A program made the translations under genes and the position numbers. DNA of 32,000 nt from Desulfotalea psychrophila LSv54 (GTDB lineage Bacteria; Desulfobacterota; Desulfobulbia; Desulfobulbales; Desulfocapsaceae): positions 870,001 through 902,000 of the forward strand of contig NC_006138.1 of NCBI RefSeq assembly GCF_000025945.1, in the 5' to 3' direction. Below, in pieces: positions 9,293-18,260 of this stretch; within the stretch, counting starts at the first letter, position 1, and each line of letters begins with the position of its first letter. The notes under the pieces are model-generated. The model made no database searches and was not told the origin of the DNA. It saw only the letters and a list, made by a program, of their open reading frames with translations.

Positions 9293-9476
9293 CGTTTTTC
9301 GGGTATTGTGTCCTGTTTGATTTCTTTTTTGTAGTATCCCCTTGCCTTGCCGTTGTTGCCGAGACTGGGTTGTATAGAAACCAATATAAGACGGGTCTGA
9401 GAAGGATGCCTTTCCTGCTGTTTTTCCTGTTTTGTTAATATATTTTAAGAGTTAGAACTTTTAAGGAGTTGTTTCC

Positions 9477-10574
9477 ATGGGTTTTCGATGTGGTATAGTA
9501 GGTCTGCCAAATGTTGGTAAATCAACTATTTTTAATGCGCTGACGGCAGCAGGAATTGATGCTGAAAATTATCCTTTTTGTACAATAGAACCAAACGTTG
9601 GTATTGTTCCTGTGCTCGATTCACGTCTCGATGTGCTTTCTGAAATTGCCAAGACTAAGAAAACCATTCATACCCAGATGGAATTCGTTGATATTGCCGG
9701 ACTTGTTAAGGGTGCATCCCAGGGTGAGGGATTAGGTAATAAATTTCTTGGTCATATTCGTCAGGTAGAGGCAATTGTTCATGTTGTCCGCTGCTTTGAA
9801 GATGATAATATTGTTCACGTTGATGGGTCTGTTGATCCTGTTCGAGATCGTGAGGTTATCACCATGGAGCTCGTCCTCTCTGACCTTGATACGGTTGAGA
9901 AGAGGTTGAAAAGAACTCAGTCTCAGGCCAAATCAGGTGATAAGGCCTTTAAGGCTCAGGCCGTCTGTCTTGAGCGACTGTATGATATCTTGGATGGCGG
10001 TAAGGTGGCTCGTGTTTACGAGGCCCAGAGTGAGCTTGAGGAAAAACTTCTCGCTGAGATGTGTCTTCTGACCACCAAGCCAGTACTCTATGTGGCCAAT
10101 GTGAGTGAAGATGATGTTCTTGAAGGCAATGAGCATGTGCGTGCCCTTCAGGCTGCCGTAGCTGAAGAGGATGCCAGTGTTGTTATGATTGCAGGCTCTA
10201 TTGAGCAGGAGTTGAGTCAGCTCGATGCAGAGGAGCAGGCAGAGTTCTTAAACGATATGGGGATGGAAACTTCTGGGCTTTCTCGTCTTGTTAAAGCCGG
10301 TTATGAGTTGCTTGGCCTGCAAACCTATTTTACCGTAGGCGTAAAAGAGACCAGGGCTTGGACTATTCCCGTTGGTGCTAAGGCCCCTGAGGCTGCTGGT
10401 AAGATCCACACAGACTTTGAGCATGGGTTTATCCGGGCCGAAGTTATCGGCTATGACGATTTTGTTAAATGTCAGGGGGAGGCTAAGGCCAAGGAGCAGG
10501 GGCTGATGCGTGTTGAAGGAAAAGAGTATGTGGTTGCCGATGGTGACTGTATGCATTTTCGCTTCAATGTGTAA
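9477..10574 (+). CDS. ychF: Ribosome-binding ATPase YchF
   Basis: P-loop GLPNVGKST at the N-terminus. 365 aa. C-terminal IHTDFEHGFIRAEV segment. SD AAGGAG. Confidence 0.95.
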   Translation: MGFRCGIVGLPNVGKSTIFNALTAAGIDAENYPFCTIEPNVGIVPVLDSRLDVLSEIAKTKKTIHTQMEFVDIAGLVKGASQGEGLGNKFLGHIRQVEAIVHVVRCFEDDNIVHVDGSVDPVRDREVITMELVLSDLDTVEKRLKRTQSQAKSGDKAFKAQAVCLERLYDILDGGKVARVYEAQSELEEKLLAEMCLLTTKPVLYVANVSEDDVLEGNEHVRALQAAVAEEDASVVMIAGSIEQELSQLDAEEQAEFLNDMGMETSGLSRLVKAGYELLGLQTYFTVGVKETRAWTIPVGAKAPEAAGKIHTDFEHGFIRAEVIGYDDFVKCQGEAKAKEQGLMRVEGKEYVVADGDCMHFRFNV

Positions 10575-10634
10575 TTGCCCGGAAAATATTGCCTGCGATG
10601 GATTTTTTTTGTTATTAAAAGTGTGTGAAGAGAT

Positions 10635-11657
10635 ATGTTGAAACGTCAATTTGTTGATAAATTGGATGAGGGTGACTCTATTGACGACCTGTTTGTGGTG
10701 AAGTCTCTACGTCAGAGTGAAACCAAGGCGGGTAAGCCATATCTTGCACTGACCATAATGGATAGGACAGGTGAAATTGCAGGCCCTATTTGGGATGAAG
10801 TGGATCACTATAGAGATATTTGTCAGCCAGGCAAGATCATTCACCTATCAGGAACTCTGGGCTCTTTTCAGGGAAGCAAGCAGCTCAAGGTGACGGATGC
10901 TCGGCCGGTTGCAGAAGAGGATGTTGATCTGGCCTCCTTTTTGCCGACAACTACAAAGAACCGGGAGGATATGGCCTTTGATTTACAAAAGCTTGTTCTC
11001 TCCGTTGAGGACCCCTTTGTTCGTAAGCTGTTGCTGAAATTTTTTAAGAGGTCTAAAAACTGGTCACTGTTTCAAAAGGCTCCAGCGGCCAAGGGTATTC
11101 ATCATGCCTATATTGGTGGTTTGTTGGAGCATAGTCTTTCGGTGGCTCAGCTTGCAGATCATATGGCTGGGCACTACCTGGGGGTAAATAGATCACTCTT
11201 GCTTGCCGGGGCCCTCTTGCATGATGTGGGTAAGATCGCTGAATTGAGCTATTCCCATGGGGCAATTGACTATACTGACTGTGGACGGCTCAAGGGACAT
11301 CTGGTTATAGGTAGTGAGATGGTGGCGGATGCAGCTCAGGAGATTAAGGATTTTCCCCTTGAGACCCGGGAGCAGATTCAGCACCTTATCCTCAGTCATC
11401 ACGGACGCCGTGAGTATGGTTCACCCATTGTTCCCATGACCGTGGAGGCCTTTTTGTTGAATTTCCTTGATGAAATTGATGCAAAGATGAATGTCACGGA
11501 GCAGTTACGCCGTAAGATTGATGCCAATACCATGGAGTGGACGGACTATCAGCGGCACCTGGAGAGATATCTTTTTTTACGGGGTTTAGATTCGAGGGTG
11601 AAGGGCGTGCAGTATGACGATGGCGACCCTGCAGCTCGTCAACAGTCCCTGTTTTAA
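10635..11657 (+). CDS. OB-fold plus HD-domain 3'-5' exoribonuclease, YhaM-like
   Basis: N-terminal OB-fold-like region (KPYLALTIMDRTGEI). HD motifs HHAYIGGLLEHS, LHDVGK and SHHG. Confidence 0.85.
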   Translation: MLKRQFVDKLDEGDSIDDLFVVKSLRQSETKAGKPYLALTIMDRTGEIAGPIWDEVDHYRDICQPGKIIHLSGTLGSFQGSKQLKVTDARPVAEEDVDLASFLPTTTKNREDMAFDLQKLVLSVEDPFVRKLLLKFFKRSKNWSLFQKAPAAKGIHHAYIGGLLEHSLSVAQLADHMAGHYLGVNRSLLLAGALLHDVGKIAELSYSHGAIDYTDCGRLKGHLVIGSEMVADAAQEIKDFPLETREQIQHLILSHHGRREYGSPIVPMTVEAFLLNFLDEIDAKMNVTEQLRRKIDANTMEWTDYQRHLERYLFLRGLDSRVKGVQYDDGDPAARQQSLF

Positions 11658-11677
11658 TTATGATAGTGGAGTAATAT

Positions 11678-12694
11678 ATGTACGGTCAAGCAACGAGATT
11701 CCTCTGCTATAGTCAGGTATTGGGACAGCAACGGGCAAAGCAGATTGTGGCTCGGGCGATTGAGGCTGATCGTGTGCCCCATGCATATCTTTTTAAAGGG
11801 CCGGATGGTGTTGGCAAGAAGTTATTTGCCAGAGGAGTTGCAGCAGCCCTTAACTGCCGGGAAAGGCAGGGTGCCTTTGCCTGTGGTCACTGTGTTTCAT
11901 GTCGTAAGCTTCTCTCGGGAAATCACCCGGATTATACGGTTGTTCAGCCCGATAAGGGTGCAATAAAAATAGACCAGGTCAGGAGTCTCTGTCGAGATCT
12001 CTCTTTTCCTCCCTATGAGTCACCTGTGCGGGTTGTTGTCTTGGAGGATGTGCATACAATGCGTCGTGAGGCTGCTAACAGCCTCTTGAAAACTCTGGAG
12101 GAACCTCCGCAAAATAATGTCCTGATTCTTACCGCCGAGAGTTCCTGTGAGATTTTGACGACCATCTCCTCTCGTTGTCAGGTGGTCTCTTTTTATCCAC
12201 TGACAGAGAATGAGGTGTCTACTGCTCTGCAGGGTAAGGAACTTCCGCCGCTGGCCGAAAACGAGCAAGGTCTGCTTGCCCGTCTTGCCGAGGGTAGTCC
12301 GGGTAAGATGCTTCTCTTGAGTACCACTGCTGTACTACCTGTTTGGAAAAAGGCCCAAAAATTATTTATTGATCCCGCCCTCCAGGGGGATGCAGAGATT
12401 GGCGCCTGGTTACAGTGTGCAGAGGAGATTGCTCTCTTGAAAGAGGATATGACCTATTTCTTTGCGATTCTCCGCCTTATGATCAGGGATCATCTTCTGA
12501 ATCTTTCTGGAGTGCAAGAGTCTCTTTGTTCTCTTACTGACTGGGGCTTTTCGGAGAATAAATTAAGGTGGAGCAGGCCTGCTCTGCTTCAGGCGCTACA
12601 CTATATTGATACTGCTGAGAAGAAAATGGTGTATAACTGTAACAATACTTTGGTGTGCGAGGTCTTGCTTTTTGCCTTACAGAGATTGAAATAG
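11678..12694 (+). CDS. holB: DNA polymerase III subunit delta prime
   Basis: HAYLFKGPDGVGKK Walker-like motif, zinc module CGHCVSCRK and SRC-type motif ISSRCQVV. SD GGAG. Confidence 0.92.
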   Translation: MYGQATRFLCYSQVLGQQRAKQIVARAIEADRVPHAYLFKGPDGVGKKLFARGVAAALNCRERQGAFACGHCVSCRKLLSGNHPDYTVVQPDKGAIKIDQVRSLCRDLSFPPYESPVRVVVLEDVHTMRREAANSLLKTLEEPPQNNVLILTAESSCEILTTISSRCQVVSFYPLTENEVSTALQGKELPPLAENEQGLLARLAEGSPGKMLLLSTTAVLPVWKKAQKLFIDPALQGDAEIGAWLQCAEEIALLKEDMTYFFAILRLMIRDHLLNLSGVQESLCSLTDWGFSENKLRWSRPALLQALHYIDTAEKKMVYNCNNTLVCEVLLFALQRLK

Positions 12695-12744
12695 TACGCT
12701 TGTTTATGGTGTAATGTTATGAGGGTAGCTTAATATAAAGAGAT

Positions 12745-13743
12745 GTGAGTGCGTGGGATATGACCAGCAAAAACGATAAATTTGACAAAGAAGAAAAGAG
12801 AGTAGAGAGCATAGGCTTTGGTCTGATTTGCCCGGCGGAAAGTTCTCTTTATCGGATATATTTTCGTGATAGTGGTCAGCAGTTTACTGCCTTTGCCATG
12901 GAAGATGATCTGAAGCGGGGAGACCTGGTTTTAGTAGATCAGGAACAGGGCCCGGAGCCGGCCGTGGTTGCGGGCATTGCTCCTCAAAATGGTTGTGAAA
13001 ATATTGATCGGCGTGTCCTGTATAAGATAGCTCGGCGCGCAGATTCTGAAGAGTATGAGAAGTATGCATCTCTTCTCCTCTTTGAAAATCGGGCCTTTTC
13101 TTTCTGTAGTAAATTGGTGAGTAAGCACAAACTTAAAATGTGTCTTGTCCGAGTTGAGCGCTTTTTTAATGGTAGCAAGATGATCTTTTACTTTACCGCT
13201 GAAAACAGGGTTGATTTTCGGGCCATGGTGAAGGATTTGGTGCAGGAGTTTCGTACCCGGGTTGAAATGCGTCAAGTCGGGGTGCGGCATGAGACTAAGA
13301 TGATTGGCGGTATTGGTACCTGTGGCCGTGAACTCTGTTGTTCCTCTTTTATTCGAAAATTTGATTCTGTTTCGATTAAAATGGCAAAGGAGCAGGATTT
13401 GCCGCTGAACCCCACAAAAATCTCAGGTCTCTGTAATCGGCTTCTTTGTTGCTTGACCTATGAGTATGATACCTATCGACAGTTGCGGAAGAAAATGCCT
13501 AAGGTCGGTCGTCTTATTACCGTTGGCGGTCAACAGTATAAGGTGCGACGACAAAATTTGATGCAGAATACCCTGTCGGTCTTAAATCGTGAAGGGGAAG
13601 AGATTATTCTCAGCAAGGAAGAGTGGGCAGGCTGTGTGACGGCTCGCGGTGAAGGGGCCGGGCGTGGCAAGCGTGAAGGGAAAAAAACAAAGGAAAAAGC
13701 TGATAAGAGCAACGATTCGAAATCAGAGAAGAAAGAGAAATAA
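12745..13743 (+). CDS. PSP1 domain protein (YaaT/RicT-like)
   Basis: PSP1 C-terminal domain with Cys clusters GTCGRELCCSSF and GLCNRLLCCLTYE. Lys/Glu-rich tail. The start is GTG 12745 or ATG 12760. Confidence 0.88.
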   Translation: MSAWDMTSKNDKFDKEEKRVESIGFGLICPAESSLYRIYFRDSGQQFTAFAMEDDLKRGDLVLVDQEQGPEPAVVAGIAPQNGCENIDRRVLYKIARRADSEEYEKYASLLLFENRAFSFCSKLVSKHKLKMCLVRVERFFNGSKMIFYFTAENRVDFRAMVKDLVQEFRTRVEMRQVGVRHETKMIGGIGTCGRELCCSSFIRKFDSVSIKMAKEQDLPLNPTKISGLCNRLLCCLTYEYDTYRQLRKKMPKVGRLITVGGQQYKVRRQNLMQNTLSVLNREGEEIILSKEEWAGCVTARGEGAGRGKREGKKTKEKADKSNDSKSEKKEK

Positions 13744-14022
13744 TATATTTTAAACGTTTTGTTTGTTAGGGCAGTTTGGGAAATTGGTAATTTCGATAAA
13801 GATCAGCTCAGCCCCGTTTACGAGGCTATGATATTTACCCCGGATATTGTTGCTAGTGGAAATTTAGCATATATTCGTGGCTAATTTATTGTCAGGTTGC
13901 AGCTTTAAAGAAAAATTTTTCAAGGTAGCCATTGATCAAGGTCCCGCTCCCGGGAAGAAATAGACAGCAATTCTCCGTGGCCTCCTGCTGCGAGACGTTG
14001 CTGTGAAACAAAAGATACTGCT

Positions 14023-15960
14023 ATGACAACTTATATAACAACTCCAATTTATTACGTTAATGCTCAGCCCCACCTCGGTCATGCCTATACCACCATTGTG
14101 GCTGATACCTATAGCCGTTTTCGCCACCTCTGTGGTGAGGATGTTCGTTTTCAAACGGGAACTGACGAACATGGAGAAAAAATTGTTGAAGCAGCAGAGA
14201 AAAATGGTGAGGCTCCTAAGGAGTATGTTGATAGAATAAGTGGTATGTTTCGTCAGACCTGGCCAATTCTTGGCATCGAGCCCGATAATTATATTCGCAC
14301 CACCGATGCCAACCATATTGCAACTGTACAGAAAGTTCTGCAACAGGTCTACGATAAGGGAGATATTTATTTTGATAAATATACCGGACTCTACTGCCGT
14401 GGTTGTGAGCGCTTTTTGACAGAAAAAGAGCTGGTGGATGGAAAGTGCCCCGATCATCAGACTGCTCCTCAGGAAATTGCCGAGCAGAATTATTTCTTTA
14501 AGATGTCAAAGTATCAGCAGCAGTTGCTTGATCATATCAATGCCAATGAGGATTTTATTACCCCTCATCGTTATCGTAATGAGATGCTCTCCTTTTTGAG
14601 TGAACCGCTGGAAGATCTTTGCATCTCCCGCCCCAAGAGTCGTCTGACCTGGGGGATAGAGCTTCCCTTTGATGATAATTTTGTTACCTATGTATGGTTT
14701 GATGCCCTTATTAACTATTTGACAGGTCTTGGTTTTCCAGAGGATGATAAGTATAATAAATTTTGGCCTGTTGCAGAGCATGTGATTGCCAAAGACATCC
14801 TCAAACCCCACGCAATTTTTTGGCCAACCATGCTGATGGCCATGGAACTGCCTCTCTATAAGAAGTTGCATGTGCACGGTTATTGGAATGTGGACAATAC
14901 CAAGATGTCTAAGAGTATTGGTAATGTTGTCCGTCCAAAAGAGCTTGTCGATGAGTACGGTCTTGATACTCTTCGCTATTTTACCCTGAGAGAAATGTCC
15001 TTTGGTCTTGATGCTTCCTTTAGCTCCGATGCCATTGTGTCCCGTAAAAATTCCGATTTGGCCAACGATTTAGGCAATCTCTTTAGTCGTTCCACGGCCA
15101 TGATTCAAAAGTACCGTGGTGGCAAGTTACCCGCCCCGATCGCCTGTGAGGCAGATAGTGAACTGATTGCCCTGAGCAAGCAGGTAGTTGCCACCTATAA
15201 AGAAGAGATGGGTGCCTTTCGTTTTCACAGGGCCCTACAGGCTGTGTGGAGTTTGGTGGGATATGCCAATAAATATATTGTCAGCAATGAGCCATGGGCC
15301 TTGGCTAAAGATGAAAATGCTTGGCAGAGACTGGATACAGTACTCTATAATCTTGCTGAGTGTTTACGATTCCTGGCTCTGTTGATTCGTCCTGTTATGC
15401 CAGATACAGCATCAAGAATGGCCACAGGTCTAGGCCTGGCGACGGATGCATCGATCCTTAACTCTCTTGCCTTGGGTGGCGAGTGGGGAGTTGTGCCCGT
15501 GGGCACCGTTTTAGGTGAGGCTATTACCCTCTTCCCACGCATGGAAACAGCGAAAAGTGAAGAGAAAAAGGCAGGGAAGAAGGATTGTCAGGGTGCAAAA
15601 AAACAGGAGGCAGTGATCTCCGAGGATGGTCTTGCCAATTTTGCTGATTTTCAAAAGTTTGAGTTGAGGGTGGCAGATATTGTGGTTGCTGAGAGGATTA
15701 AGAAGTCCGATCGTCTCTTAAAGTTGACAGTCATGGCTCCGGAGGAGAGGATCATTGTTGCCGGGATTGCAGCACATTATAGTCCAGAGGATGTTGTTGG
15801 TCTCAAGGTTATTATTGTTGCTAATTTGAAGCCGGCAAAATTGATGGGTGTTATGTCTCAGGGTATGGTGCTTGCGGCCAAGGTGAGTGAAGATGGTGGC
15901 GAACGATTGGTGCTCTCCGGGGTTCAGGGTGATGTCCCTGCTGGAACTCGGGTAGCGTAA
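14023..15960 (+). CDS. metG: Methionine--tRNA ligase with a C-terminal tRNA-binding (Trbp111/EMAP-like) domain
   Basis: HIGH-type motif PHLGHAYT and the KMSKS motif. C-terminal FELRVADIVVAERIKKSDRLLKLTV OB domain. Confidence 0.96.
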   Translation: MTTYITTPIYYVNAQPHLGHAYTTIVADTYSRFRHLCGEDVRFQTGTDEHGEKIVEAAEKNGEAPKEYVDRISGMFRQTWPILGIEPDNYIRTTDANHIATVQKVLQQVYDKGDIYFDKYTGLYCRGCERFLTEKELVDGKCPDHQTAPQEIAEQNYFFKMSKYQQQLLDHINANEDFITPHRYRNEMLSFLSEPLEDLCISRPKSRLTWGIELPFDDNFVTYVWFDALINYLTGLGFPEDDKYNKFWPVAEHVIAKDILKPHAIFWPTMLMAMELPLYKKLHVHGYWNVDNTKMSKSIGNVVRPKELVDEYGLDTLRYFTLREMSFGLDASFSSDAIVSRKNSDLANDLGNLFSRSTAMIQKYRGGKLPAPIACEADSELIALSKQVVATYKEEMGAFRFHRALQAVWSLVGYANKYIVSNEPWALAKDENAWQRLDTVLYNLAECLRFLALLIRPVMPDTASRMATGLGLATDASILNSLALGGEWGVVPVGTVLGEAITLFPRMETAKSEEKKAGKKDCQGAKKQEAVISEDGLANFADFQKFELRVADIVVAERIKKSDRLLKLTVMAPEERIIVAGIAAHYSPEDVVGLKVIIVANLKPAKLMGVMSQGMVLAAKVSEDGGERLVLSGVQGDVPAGTRVA

Positions 15961-16020
15961 GGGCAGTCTTTTTCCAGGGGCTGTGCCCTTCGGGATCACC
16001 CCTGTTTAAGGAGGAGTTTT

Positions 16021-16317
16021 ATGTTTGTGCTTGAAAATTTTATGATGGCCGCCGCGGGTTTGTTGGATTTTTTATTTACCCTCTATATCTGGCTTATCAT
16101 TGGCAGGTCAATTATTTCCTGGGTAAATGCGGATCCTTATAATGCTATTGTCCGCTTTATCTACGATGTAACGGAGCCACCTCTGCGTAAAATACGTCAG
16201 ATATTGCCTATGCAGATGGGTGGGATAGATTTCTCACCCATTATACTGATTTTAGCGATTATGTTTTTACAGAGTTTTCTTGTTTCAACTTTGAGGCAAT
16301 TTGCTGTGATGATGTAG
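16021..16317 (+). CDS. yggT: YggT family membrane protein
   Basis: 98 aa with two hydrophobic segments. The IISWVNADPYN...PLRKI pattern is typical of YggT/Ycf19. SD AAGGAGG. Confidence 0.85.
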   Translation: MFVLENFMMAAAGLLDFLFTLYIWLIIGRSIISWVNADPYNAIVRFIYDVTEPPLRKIRQILPMQMGGIDFSPIILILAIMFLQSFLVSTLRQFAVMM

Positions 16318-16355
16318 AAAGTCATTCTCCTATTAAATTAATTAACGGGTTTCTT

Positions 16356-17228
16356 ATGTTTACTCCACAGTCCATCAAAGATCAGGAATTTCAGATAAAG
16401 TTTAGAGGTTGTGATCCCATTGAGGTAAAGTCTTATCTCGAGGAACTTGCCGACCATGTTTTCGAACTTCACGAGCAAAAACGTAAACATAATGAAGATA
16501 TGAGTCGCCTGAAGGGAGAGCTGACTCTTGCCGAAAATGAGCGGACCCAGTACAAATCTGAACTTGCCAAAAATCAGAGTAGTGCAGGTGATATCGAAAA
16601 GAAGGTAGAGAAGGGTTATCAGTATAAGGATGAGCGTATTGCTGAATTGAGCCTTAATCTTGAGGGATTTCAGAAAAAACTTGATGCTCAGGCAGAAGAG
16701 TTTGTCTCCTGCAAGAAAACGTTGGACGAGACAAACATTCGTCTAGCGGCAGAGCAAGCCTTGGTTTCGGCCGGAAAAGCTGAATTGGAAAAAGTGCAGG
16801 CAAAAAATATCTTGCTTGAAGAGCAGCTGCAGGGGCTTAAGCAGGAGGGGATTGATTTTAAATCAACTATTCTTCTTGCCCAACAGTTTTCTGAAGAGTT
16901 GAAAAAAAGTGCTGAGGTTGAGGCAACAGAGCTTCTTATTGTTGCCAGGACTGAAGAAGAGGAACTGCGTGCTACAACCCAAGTAAAGAGGGATGAACTC
17001 CATGCTGAATTAGCATCTCTGGAAACAACGCGTAATGAGGTCCGAGACGAGATCAGGCAGAAGTTACAGACAGTGCTTGCCGGGCTTGATGTCCTGGGCG
17101 GGCCGGTAAATGACGCGACTGTTGATCTGGCTGATCTTAATTCTCTAGATTTTTCACTGGTAGATGATGCTGATGTTGCCTTTGTAGCGGCAGAGCTTGC
17201 TGAAGGTAGTGACGAGGCCCAGGCTTAA
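16356..17228 (+). CDS. divIVA: DivIVA domain coiled-coil protein
   Basis: N-terminal FTPQSIKDQEFQIKFRGCDPIEVKSYLEELA matches the DivIVA lipid-binding domain. The rest is a long Glu/Lys/Leu-rich coiled coil. Confidence 0.88.
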   Translation: MFTPQSIKDQEFQIKFRGCDPIEVKSYLEELADHVFELHEQKRKHNEDMSRLKGELTLAENERTQYKSELAKNQSSAGDIEKKVEKGYQYKDERIAELSLNLEGFQKKLDAQAEEFVSCKKTLDETNIRLAAEQALVSAGKAELEKVQAKNILLEEQLQGLKQEGIDFKSTILLAQQFSEELKKSAEVEATELLIVARTEEEELRATTQVKRDELHAELASLETTRNEVRDEIRQKLQTVLAGLDVLGGPVNDATVDLADLNSLDFSLVDDADVAFVAAELAEGSDEAQA

Positions 17229-17255
17229 TGTATCTCTTTATTTTATTGGTGCGAG

Positions 17256-17543
17256 ATGAACTCCTGGTATAGGCTTGACGGCGCCACTGTTATTCTCCTG
17301 GTTTACACTCAACCCCGTGCCTCTAAGACTAAGGTTGTGGGTCTTCATGACGGCATGTTGAAGATTGCCTGCTGTTCTCCACCGGTTGATGGTAAGGCTA
17401 ATAAAGAGTTGATTGTTTTTTTATCTCGTCTCTTGGATTGCCGAAAATGTGATATTGAGTTATTGCGTGGGCAGAGTAGTCGAAGGAAGCAGTTTGTGCT
17501 GACCGGGGTGGACGCTGAGCTTTTAGACAAATTAATCGTTTAA
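17256..17543 (+). CDS. yggU: DUF167 (YggU) family protein
   Basis: 95 aa. VQPRASKTKVVG...LKIACCSPPVDGKANKELIVFLS is the typical YggU core. Confidence 0.85.
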   Translation: MNSWYRLDGATVILLVYTQPRASKTKVVGLHDGMLKIACCSPPVDGKANKELIVFLSRLLDCRKCDIELLRGQSSRRKQFVLTGVDAELLDKLIV

Positions 17544-17564
17544 TTTTGTTGTCAAGGGAGGCCT

Positions 17565-18260
17565 ATGAAGCGATATATTATAGCTAATTGGAAGTGTCAG
17601 AAGAGGGAAGTGGAGGCTTTGCAGTGGCTCGATGGCTTTTTGCGGGCCTATAGGCCCGTTCAGGGACGTGAGGTGATTCTTGCGCCCTCTTTTCTTTGTC
17701 TGAGCTCTTTTGCGAAGAGGATTGCGGATTCGGGTCTGCCCGGCCTCTCTCTGGCCGCCCAAGATGTATCTCCCTACCCCCGTGGTTCCTACACCGGTGC
17801 CCTCTCCGCTGATCTGATAGGGGACTATGCCAGGGTGGCTATAGTTGGGCACTCCGAGCGCAGAAAATACTTTCATGAGACAAATCATGAGGTAACAAAT
17901 AAGGTGGCGGAGCTTGCCGATGCAGATATGACCCCTCTTGTCTGCCTTGATGATAGCAATATGGATGGACAACTTGCCGCCCTGCAGGACAGTGAATGTG
18001 CCGAGATGATTCTTGCCTACTGCCCGGCCTATGCCTTGAACTCCAATGTTGCCGAGCCCCTTGACAGCGTGGCGAGGGCCGTTGCTCAGATAAGAAAATA
18101 TCAGGCAAAGTACCCTATTGTTTATGGGGGTGCTGTCCGCCTTGAGAATGCGGCAGGATACTGGAACCTTGATGGCCTGTCGGGCATTTTTATTGGTGGG
18201 GCCAGTTTGGAGCTAGAGAGCTTTATGGCAATTTTGGATCAGTGCCATTCCCCCTCCTAA
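17565..18260 (+). CDS. Triosephosphate isomerase family protein, divergent (catalytic Glu replaced by Cys)
   Basis: ANWKCQ retains Asn and Lys. GSYTGALSA, VGHSERR (retains His and Glu), YGGAV and IGGASL are all TIM landmarks. The AYEPxWAIGTG segment instead reads AYCPAYALNSN (Cys153 codon at 18021-18023). SD GGGAGG. Confidence 0.8.
   Translation: MKRYIIANWKCQKREVEALQWLDGFLRAYRPVQGREVILAPSFLCLSSFAKRIADSGLPGLSLAAQDVSPYPRGSYTGALSADLIGDYARVAIVGHSERRKYFHETNHEVTNKVAELADADMTPLVCLDDSNMDGQLAALQDSECAEMILAYCPAYALNSNVAEPLDSVARAVAQIRKYQAKYPIVYGGAVRLENAAGYWNLDGLSGIFIGGASLELESFMAILDQCHSPS

Noticed and set aside
9269-9438. Small hydrophobic ORF (MAKKRAFFSFFGYCVLFDFFFVV..., 57 codons) after the lipoprotein gene
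   Set aside because: There is no SD, and the composition is driven by T-rich DNA. It begins inside a terminator-like A/T element. It is kept only as a mention under the spacer finding.
13744-14022. Possible T-box, riboswitch or SRP-like RNA in the 279-nt spacer upstream of metG
   Set aside because: I found no T-box core (AAnnnGGGTGGnACCGCG-like) and no GNRA-capped SRP domain IV. There are only short 4-5-bp hairpins. Nothing here exceeds chance.
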